Shown here: piece after piece, positions 25,114 to 35,546 of the stretch
Position numbering within the stretch: position 1 is the stretch's first letter
Layout of the letters: every line of letters starts with the position of its first letter
From: Octopus sinensis
Taxonomy: Eukaryota
Assembly: GCF_006345805.1 (NCBI RefSeq)
Contig: NC_043021.1
Span: 15,872,001 to 15,936,000, forward strand
DNA length: 64,000 nt
Reading direction: 5' to 3'
Position numbers and translations under genes: made by a program
The notes under the pieces: model-generated
What the model was told of the DNA's origin: nothing
The model's database searches: none
What the model saw: the letters and a program-made list of their open reading frames with translations, nothing else

Positions 25114-25954
25114 GATTTTTTTTATGTACGTTGTATAAATATCTGGATATGTATGTGTGTATCATCATCATCATCATCATCATTATTATTATTATTATTA
25201 TTATTATTTAACTCCCGTTTACCATGCCGGCATGAGTTGGACGGTTCAACAGGAAATAGCAAGTCAGAAGACTGCACCATGATATACATGTGTATGAATG
25301 TGTGTACCTGTATATATGTGTGTGTGTGTGTGTACATATAGCTAGCTATATGTATGTATAGCGCAACAGGAAAATGAGGTGAAAAATAAAAACAGAATTG
25401 GTATTAGTTTGAATGCTCAGAAAATGAGGTAAAAAGAAGAAACTGTCTTTAATGTTTTCGAGTAAACACTCTTCTACTGAAAGATACAATACTACAGACG
25501 ATACTATATACAGCAATATATACAATACTATACACAGTATTACACCATACAATATATAACACTATGTACAATATTATATAATATACAATATACAATGTTA
25601 CATACAATACTTTATACAATATTATATACCCTACAATATACACTATATTATACACACTACAATACTATATACAATATTACACCATACAATATATAACACT
25701 ATGTATAATATTATATATCATACAATATACAGTGTTACATACAATACTATATGCAATACTTTATACATTATATACCCTACAATACTGTACACAATATTAT
25801 ATACTATATACAATATAATATACTTATAAGTACCAGGCTTTAAAAAAAAATAAGTACTGGAGTTGATTTGTTTGACTAAAATTCTTCAAGGCAGTGCCCC
25901 AGCATGGCCACAGTCTAATGACTAGAACAAGTAAATTATAAAAGATATATTATA

Positions 25955-26752
25955 TATATATACAAATTGAGATAGGGGTTGTGACTTTATTGTTAATAAT
26001 GAATTTATGGATTGTTTCTCTAGTATTAGCGTTATTAATAATAATATGAATGATGATATTGGTAGCATTAGTGGTAACGACAATGATAATGATGCTAGCA
26101 TTAATGACATTTTGTAAATTAATAAGAACTAATAGACAGTAACCTTGACTCTCTATATCTGCATTTAGATATTAATATGTGTATGTTTTTCTACATTGTA
26201 ATTATCACAACATTAAGTTGAAAAACTGTAACATTGAATGTATGTTTATTAATTTTTTTTTATTATTTATATCATTATGTATATTTATATTTATATGTAT
26301 ATGAGTATGAGTATATGCACTCATATGTATATGTATATGTTTTATTATGGGTATGTACCCACACCTATATAAGTATGTATGTAATCTAATTTGTAATCTC
26401 CGAAGAGGCCTTAGGATGTTTTTGTAAATGTTTCATTTATAACTACATATTGACCTACCATAAATGGCTAATATGAGTTAAATGAGACATGCTTATCTAC
26501 ATGGCCGAAACAGCTGTAAGATATAGTCTATATTTATATTTATGTGTACTTATATTTATGTTCTATTATACGTATTCTACTTATTGTATAACATTACTAT
26601 TCTATGTACACTCCTTCATGTACACTGTTTTACCCTGCATTATTATGTTTAACCTTATAGTTTCTTATGTAGTGGTTTAATAAAGTATGTGATTGAGTAT
26701 TATCTGGTAATTGATATTTGATTTCGATGTATTTCTCCATTTTCTTATTTTG

Positions 26753-26760
<8 letters not shown>
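25955..26760 (+). mobile_element. (TA)n-embedded Penelope-like repeat carrying a hammerhead-like motif; deleted relative at 47822-48058 (minus)
   Basis: Both ends are shared with 47822-48058 (gagataggggttg...; aataaagtat...ctccattttct). Flanked by TA tracts. Confidence 0.55.
26396..26522 (+). ncRNA. Type I hammerhead-like motif with long structured stem II
   Basis: AUCU CCGAAGA GGCC (92 nt, internally base-paired) GGCC GAA ACAGCUGU A AGAU. Confidence 0.55.
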
Positions 26761-26798
<38 letters not shown>

Positions 26799-27829
26799 CC
26801 AAGAAAGTTAGAGGTTGTGATTCCAACCCACTAAGGGATAATATCTATCCAATATACTGTTGGTAGAATACCCAATTATTAATACACAAGTGTTTTCTAT
26901 TGCATTGCAATTAACTTATTGTATTAAATGGGTGAAGGTAAAGAAATATTTTACCATTAATTTATATAGCAATAAGAAAATGGAGGGGATCAATAGGTGG
27001 TTCATCAACTTTTAGACATTATATTATGTCAATTTATTTACTAAAATGACAATTACAACAATATACATACATGTATAACATATTATGCTTTACATATATA
27101 ATATATAAAGATATCAGTAATTATTAAAATATATAACATACAGGAATAGAAATTGGGAAAATAAATAAATAAATTGACATAATATAATGTCTAAAAGTTG
27201 ATGAATACTAACTATTGATCCCCTCCATTTTCTTATTGCTCTCTATATATATATGTCAACCTTTCCAAGAGTGTAGTGGGTGTCTTTTACGTACCACTGG
27301 CACAGTCACCAGTTATGTGACACCAGCATTGGCCATGACTATGATCCTGACAAGTTTTCTCAAGCATAGTATCTCGCCAAAGGTCTCAGACACTTGTCAC
27401 TGCCTCCTTGGGGCAGTGATTGAATAATACTATTACAAGTACCGTGGCCATTGCCAGCCATGCCTGGCTCCTGTGCCGGTGGCACGTAAAAAGTACCATC
27501 CGACCATGGCCGTTTGCCAGCCCCGTCTGGCACCTGTGCCGGTGGCACGTAAAAAGCACCCACTACACTCACGGAGTGGTTGGCATTAGGAAAGGCATCC
27601 AGCCGTAGAAACATTGCCAGATCAGACTGGGCCTGGTGCAGCCTTCTGGCCTCCCAGACCCCAATTGAACCGTCCAACCCATGCTAGCATGGAAAGCGGA
27701 CGCTAAATGATGTTGATGATGATGATGACATTTGACAGAAAAATCTGAATGCTAAAGGGTTAAGCAGCCATGCATATGTAGCAATGCCACCATCAACACC
27801 ACTGCCAAATATCCATCTGTTAATATATT

Positions 27830-28348
27830 TCTGCATTTTTTAACACTACACAAGATGCTTTCTCAAGACGCAGGCATTTGCCATATTCTGAACGCCTTAC
27901 TTCCCTGGGCATGGATACATTGAAACACCGACGTCTGGCAGCTGACTTGGCAGACACCCATAAAATTATTAACCATCTTACTAACAATAACTCTGAGCAC
28001 CTTTTCAAACTCCACACGTGGACATATTTACAAAGTAAGAAAACGGCACAGCTCCCATGACTTTCGGAAAAATTTCTTCACGCTAAGAGTTGCTGAAGCA
28101 TGGAACAAACTGCCGGCATCAGTTGTTAGTTGTCAGCGCACTGCATCCTCCAAAACCTCCATGCTTCCTGAGATTCGCCAACACTACAGCTGATTTTCTC
28201 TCCTCCATACACACACAAGCATGTATCTGACTCATACACTGTTCACCTCCCAGACATTTGTACATTACTGCATATGCTTTATATGCACTTTTGACAAGTT
28301 GTGGTGCACCTGAGCACTGTATACAATGATTTCATTATTATTATTATT
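27830..28348 (+). mobile_element. CR1/L2-clade LINE 3' fragment with (ATT)n tail
   Basis: PYSERLTSLGMDTLKHRRLAADL and RKNFFTLRVAEAWNKLP match the CR1 ORF2 C-terminus. Confidence 0.8.
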
Positions 28349-29361
28349 CAAGATATGTTCATACATACATCATCATCATAATTTAATGTCCATTTTCCAT
28401 GCTGGCATGGGTTAGACTGTTTGACTGGAGCTGGTAAGCTGCACCAGGCTCCAGTCGTTCATTTTGGCATGGTTTCTATGGCTGGATGCCCTTCCAAATG
28501 CCAACCACTTTACAGTACTGGCTAATTTTTACATGCCCCTGGCACAAGTGCCTTTTTACATATCACAGACACAACAGCCTTTTATGCATCCCTGGCAAGG
28601 GAGCCGTGGCAAGATTTCTGCCCGTCCCCACCCCCAAAACCACCCTTTAAAATTTTTTTTGACACAAACCCCCCTTTTCGGGAATACAAATCTGCAAAAA
28701 AATTGGTAAAAATTGACCTTTCTAAATTAAAACCCCCAACCCCCAACCCCATTTCCTTCATTTTTAACTTTTATCACAATTTTTTTTTCAAAATATGCAG
28801 AAAAATACTGAGATTATAATTTGGACATAAATTTCATAACATTTCTGTACTTACAGTTACGGTTTTAGGGTTAGAGTTAGGGTGTTAGGGTTTTTAGAGT
28901 TAGGGTTTTAGGGTTAGTGTTGGAGAAATAGTCAAAAATGAAGTTGGTGGAAGAGGAGGGGGGGAAATTTCGCAATGCCGATTTTTGGCAATTTTCTGGA
29001 ACCTCCGTATCCGAAAACGAGGACTTTGGCAAAAAAAATTACAAAAATAAACAAATTTGGGCGAGCGAAAATGGGGGGGGGGGTAGAAGTTTTTCCGGGG
29101 CCTTTTACGAGTCACTGGTCTCGATCTACTTATTTATCTCTCTGGTTAAATTTTCGAGATAATGCCCATGATAAAAATGATAATTATTTCATATTATTCC
29201 TTAAATGAATAGTTTTTTATATTTTTTTACCTCACAATTTAGCTTCTTACTTTCCTCGGTCTTAAACAACAACTGAATAAATTCTAATCGATATAGTACA
29301 TGCACGCCTTTGCACATTAAAGAAAAATGCAAAGACTAAAAGAATAAAATATGTAAAAAAA

Positions 29362-29705
29362 TCTTTATATATAAAAGTGAGGTTGTGTGTCTGTCTCCTA
29401 CGATTTAGATTCCTAACTACTCCCACATTTTGCGGTGCAGTTTAACCAAAACCGGGTATCTTATAGTCGTGATTCATATCGAGCCCTTCTGGGTATTAGC
29501 GCGCGTCTACGATGAGTCTACGGTTTAAAAAAAAAATTACCATAATTTTTTTCCATTTTAATGCATTTTTCGCTATTATATAAGGGAAGTAACTCTCTAA
29601 AAATGTCTACGATGGGTAAACGATTTTTTAAAAAAATTACTATCATTTTTTTTTTCATTTTTAATGCATTTTTTTTGCTATCTTTTGGCCGGGCGATACT
29701 GCTAG
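29362..29705 (+). mobile_element. Non-autonomous Helitron, internally deleted relative of 3995-4492
   Basis: Shares the body (gatttagattcctaactactcccacattttgcgg) and the TC...gatactgCTAG ends. Confidence 0.75.
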
Positions 29706-29713
29706 TAAATAAT

Positions 29714-30661
29714 AAATAATTGGCATAGTTTCGGTTGTAGTAGCACAGATTTCCGTCGATTTCCGTAAAAAACTTTTATTTTTTTACATAAGTAATGAGA
29801 GCGAAAGAGACTAAGAGGAAGCGATTTTACGACGAGAAGGTTTCACTTTGAAGTCGGCCTGTGTGTGTTTGATGGGGTGTGGGAGACAGACAGTATGTTG
29901 TGTAAGTGAAGTGCTTCTGTTAGTGTGCGAAGAGACAGACATACATATACACATACACCGAGTAAAAAATACGATGAATCGGCCATACATACATACATAC
30001 ACACACACACATACATAGATACATACACACACCACATACATACATACATACATACACACACACATACTTACACACACATAGATACATACACACACACACA
30101 CATACATGCAGACATACATATACACATACACCGAGTAAAAAATTACACTGAATCGACCATACATACATACACACATACATACATACACACACACACATAC
30201 ACAGATACATACACACACACACATACATGCAGACATACATATACACATACACCGAGTAAAAAATTACGATAAATCGGCCATACATACATACATACACACA
30301 ACATACTTACACACACACACATACATAGATACATACACACACACACATACATGCATATACACATACACGAGTAAAAAATCAGTTATCTCTCTCTTTCACA
30401 CATTACTCTCTCTGTCTCTTCGCACACACTAACAGAAGCACTTCACTTACACAACATACTGTCTCCCACACCCCATCAAACACACACACATGTACATCAA
30501 TGCTTCCCCTAGACGGTAACTTCAAAGACAAACTTCCCTCGTCATAAAATTGCTTCCTCTTAGTCTCTTTCGCTCTCATTACTTATGTAAAAAAATAAAA
30601 GTTTTTTTACGGAAATCGACGGAAATCTGAGCTACGACATGCGAAACTTCGCCAAATAATT
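29714..30661. mobile_element. Foldback element with about 230-bp inverted arms and internal minisatellite; solo arm at about 33860-34150
   Basis: gatttccgtcgatttccgtaaaaaa... recurs inverted at about 30411-30661. Confidence 0.75.
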
Positions 30662-31767
30662 AATTGTATAATGAAAATGAAATAACACAAGAATATAAAC
30701 AAGAACTAATTCTGCAGCAACACTAAGAAGAGGAAGAAGAAACTGATACTACCCGCAATGTTTAGCAAAGAAGAGCAGGTACCCTAAAGTCAAAGATCGC
30801 CTATAAATGTCTTAGCGTGAAGCAAAACTGTTCCAATTTTCAATGGAAAATAGTTTGCCGGTTATATCTGCATTTGAAGCTGCCGCCAATTTTCAAAATT
30901 ATAATAAGTGTTTTTTCTTTTTAATAAGCTTAACAATAAAACTGAGAGGGTTTTTTTTTCTAGCGAGAAATGGTTGAAGTTCGTACGTTAATTGCTTTCA
31001 AAGAATTCCAGAAAGGTTATTGAAGGAAAATTGTTCCAACCGTGATTCGAAACCGTAACGCTGATTCGACCTATGGGGGCAGGGAGCTTAGTACTAATAT
31101 TTCTTCGCTCCTAATGGTAATATTACGCAATGAAGTACAGTATTAGTTACCTTTGATTAAATTCACCGGTTTAAATTTTAGAAGAAGTGAGAAGTTGTGA
31201 CGTTCATGGAGTTTATGAGCAAGCTTGATTGTACAACAAAATTAAAAAGAGTTCTAAGCGTGACCATCACGCCTCTTTGTATATTCACGATCCAATGCCA
31301 ACCCCATTTTAAGACTGAAGGGATCGATTTTGGAAATGCAATGGGGGGTTGCTATTTCTAGCAAACTGGGTAACCACCTTAAAGCCCCTACTTTGGATGC
31401 TAACGTTCATATATTTCATAAACGTCATTAAAAGGCGAACGTGAAGTGAAACTACTTCAACGAGGATAGGTAAACGTGGCATAGACATGTTATCTGAGAA
31501 CATGTCCTAAAAGAAATATTTTAACTATTTATACGTTAAAAAATCTTGCACAACAAATATATAAACGTATTTATACATACATATATATATATATTATATA
31601 TATATATATAATACTTTCTGTTTCGGTTTTAGCAATCCTATTTTTAGATTTACTCATTTCACACTTTAATTTTTGCATGCGTGTCAGTCATTGCGTTTCG
31701 TGTTGCCATTTCTATTTTTCATTCAATCTTCGAAATTTTGGGAACCAACTTCAAGTTTTTCGAAAAC

Positions 31768-31906
31768 ATGAACGAAGAAGAAGCTCCAGTCCCGATAGTA
31801 GCTTTAACTATGGTCCTTGCGACCATAGTTATGATGGTCGTCTTTTTCTTTTTCGTTGCAAAGAAAAGTAAAGAGGAAAGAGAAAAAGAAATAGAAGAGA
31901 CTTCAG
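31768..31906 (+). CDS. TBL2: TBL2 coding exon 1 (N-terminal transmembrane anchor)
   Basis: MNEEEAPVPIVALTMVLATIVMMVVFFFFVAKKSKEEREKEIEETS. G|gtaaga donor, phase 1. Confidence 0.85.
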
Positions 31907-34439
31907 GTAAGACGTGGCGGGGGGGCAATGTTTCTGCCAAATTCTCCCTCGATGCCGTGTTGTGGGTTTATAACTCGTGGCTTTTCTCTTTTCCGTTAAT
32001 TTTTTTCTCATCAGTTTCACTCTTTTCAATTTCATTGTCTTCGTGGGAATAAAAAATTTTTTTTAAATAGATCGGGTATTTCTCAGCGGACAATCTGTTT
32101 CTTGATTGTATTTTTATTGTTAATAATTCAGTTTCTTTTATATTTTTTCCACAACACCAATTTTATTGCGAAATAAAAGGGTTTAGCCGGCTTCAAACAA
32201 AACTGTATATTATCTAGTATTCCACATAAATCTTCTTCCACCCCCGTTTATTTTGCATTTATTCGACAAATTCATTTAATTAAGTTACATTTGAACTTTG
32301 AATTGTCAACCCAACAAAAGTAGATATCTATCTTAAAGGCATTTAATCTCTTTCACTCATCAATCTATATTACTACACGGTTTATATATTTGCTGTTTGT
32401 GTCCGTTCCCTACCATCAATTTTAGTTTGTTATCGTGAACAAGGAATATTGCACAACCCTGATAAGCATTGAACATAATTCACAGTCTCTTCGTAACGAA
32501 CTGATAAAATTATAAATATGCATTTCAAATATTTTGTTTGTTTGATTCGATACACAATGCTCGTTCGCTGAAGAAAAATTTAATTCGTGTTAAAAAATAC
32601 AGGATGACCCGTCCTTTATAATTTCCATCATTAAGTTTATGTTACCAAAGAGGGAGCCTCTACGTGGTCACCTGCTAAAAAGAGCAGCCAAATAAAAAAT
32701 AACATGTTACTGTCTAGAAAAATAACCTTAGTTCTAGGTATTTCCAAAAAGATGGGGTGGTCATTAAAGGAACGCTTTTGATTTTTGATCTGTTCGATCA
32801 AGATTCGCACAGGACTAATCGACGAATGATGAGTGTTTATGTGGGTTAATAGGCGTGCTAGAGGTAGCAGCTAAATGATCCCTCCAAATCACATTCTACC
32901 GCCTTGAATAAGGACGTATGCATCTCACAGAATTTAGTTCCTGATAAACAAAACGGTAGAATAGTTACGGCTGGAATGCCTTCGCTCATAGATCTGCTCG
33001 AGTGAGGCTCTACTGGAGCGAAAAAGTTTTGACTCGTGTTATAGTTGGGATACAGAAGAAGCCGTCTATGGTGCTTGCATGTATATGCTGTATGCACAAA
33101 TATAAAAGGCAAAACCTCTGCTGGGGTTGCTGAAACAAGTGCTGCAAAACATTGCACCAAAATCGTTTTATTACTTCCATTGATGGCATGGTGTCTGCGG
33201 AAGACAATAGGAATTTCGGCAATCTTTCTGGTTAACTCAGTTTAAAATAACGTCTGTGTACGCATGTTTATTAGCAATATACTTGTATCCGAATAGTAAT
33301 AAGACAAATGGAGGTTTATTTGTAGTATTACAAATAAATGCATTTAAAAAAATTCAATATTTATAAATAAACAACCAGATGTATATGTTACAGATGTATT
33401 TACATTGAACACGTTGGCAAAGGGATTTAGTTTGTTTAGAGTTATCTACCTTTATAGCCCAATTTATGAGTCCGGCTTTTCAAATCGGCCGCCCTCGGCA
33501 TAGTTAATTGTACAACCACAATATTGTCGAAATTATAGCCTCGAGCTTACAGTATTTTTGAAATATTTGATTTCTAATATCGGGTGTGAGGCTTCATTAT
33601 GTTGTCGTTTATATCCTTTGAGAAAGCTCGACCTGGTAGAACTAACATCCAAATACCTGTCAAATCTATCCAACCGCCTTAAAAAAGACAAAAAACAGAC
33701 ACGTTGGATATTCTGGTCTTAGATATGTTGTGTCGAGAATAAGAAAGTAAAGAAACAAATGACATGGTCATATCTGGTGTCCCTTTATTATGAGTCTTCT
33801 TGTTCACCCACGACAAGTTTTTATTGAAAAAGAATACAATTTACATAGGTAAACAGTACATAAATCTCTCTTTCACACATTACTCTCTCTGTCTCTTCAC
33901 ACACACTAACAGAAGCACTTCACTTACACAACATACTGTCTGTCTCCCACATCCCATCAAACACACACACATGTACATCAATGCTTCCCATGCACGGTAA
34001 CTTCAAAAGAATTTCCCTTGTCATACAATCGCTTTCTCTTAGTCTCTTTCGCACTCATTACTTCAAAAGTTCCCGCAAGCCCATATGTTAAAAAAAAAAA
34101 ATTTTTACGGAAATCGACGGAAAGGTCTACTAGAGACGAAAGATTGCCTAAATAAATTAAGAAAAAAGTGTCAGGTATATTCTTCAATCATAAGAGATAC
34201 ATTCCAGAAGTTTTAAGACTTTTTTAGGAGAGGCAGTTATAACTGTCCGAGATTATTGCAACTTTAGTATATCATTCATATACATCTAATAAGCTGACCT
34301 GCCAACTTTTATGATTCTAGGTTAAAGATGACTGTAACAGTAGTTTAAACATAGGTTTATGCAATAGAATTTTGTGTTAAATGCTAAAGAAACTTATGAA
34401 ATGTTCCAGGCTGCTTGTGGATTAATTTGTATAAGCGAA

Positions 34440-35150
34440 GCATCTGTTTTTCACTGGCACAAGAGGCTAAGCAAAGCAAGGCCACGAGGAAGCTCGTGAT
34501 GAGCTCATTTTTTGACAGCAGGATCATCATCTACATTGACTGGCTTCTCTGGCCAGAAAGTCAACAAAGAGTACTTTGTGAAAGTTTTGAAGGAATTCAA
34601 AAAGCTATTTCATTGCAAAAGGCCAGTGTACCGAGACCAAGATAATGTACTTGTCCACATTTCCATACTAATAATAATAATAATAATGAAATTATTGTAT
34701 ACAGTGCTCAGGTGCACCACAACTTGTCAGAAAGTGCATATAAAGTACATGCAGTAATGTAGAAATGTCTGGAAAGTGAACATGCTTGTGTGTGTATGGA
34801 GGGGAGAAAATCAAGTGTAGTGTTGGCGAATCTCAGGAAGCATGGAAGTCTTGAAGGATGCAGTGCTCCGACAACTAACAACCGATGCCGGCAGTTTGTT
34901 CCACGCTTCAGCAACTCTCAGCATGAAAAAATGTTTCCTGAAGTCAGGAATAATAACCAAGTACTTGATAGAGATGGGTATCAAAATTGTCCCTTACCCT
35001 CTCTAGTCCCTAGACTTTGCTCCCCGTGACTTTTGGGGCTGAAGGAGAAGATGAAGAATCCTGGACACTTTGGAGGACTTCTATGGGGATTTCAGAAAGT
35101 GCATTGAAGTCAGGATCCTACTTTCCGGAAGATTAGGATTTTGTGCTTCT
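34440..35150 (+). mobile_element. Degenerate mariner transposase remnant interrupted by a CR1 3' end
   Basis: Fragments GQKVNKEYFVKVLKEFKKLFHCKRP, DQDNVLVH and IVPYPL*SLDFAPRDFW resemble the mariner HDNA and HPPYSPDLAP motifs, with stops and frameshifts. Confidence 0.75.
34668..34955 (-). mobile_element. 3' end of the same CR1-like LINE
   Basis: Reverse complement of about 28050-28348 including the (ATT)n tail. Confidence 0.8.
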
Positions 35151-35500
35151 TTGAAATTAATAAGTTTTTGTTATCTATCTCTGTGTGATATCTGCACTTG
35201 TAGGGTGCTTCACACATTTCCCCACAATGTTGTAGAAAGGAATAAATCGGCAGGAACACGAATGGCTGAACAAATAACAATAATACTCTTTTACTTGTTT
35301 CAGTCATTCGACTGCGGCCATGCTGGAGCACCGCCTTTAATCGAGCAACTCGACCCTGGGACTTATTCTTTTGTAAGCCCAGTACTTATTCTATCAGTCT
35401 CTTTTGCCGAACCGCTAAGTAACGGGGACATAAACACACCAGCATCGGTTGTCAAGCAATGCTAGGGGTCAAACACAGACACACAAACACACACACACAT

Positions 35501-35546
<46 letters not shown>

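Noticed and set aside
31681-31767. Upstream GTG-initiated extension of the TBL2 ORF
   Set aside because: ATG 31768 has good context and directly precedes the membrane anchor; the extension looks like 5' UTR.
32825-32945. ATGATGA...CTGA C/D-box snoRNA-like spacing in TBL2 intron 1
   Set aside because: There is no terminal stem and the interior matches a common repeat.
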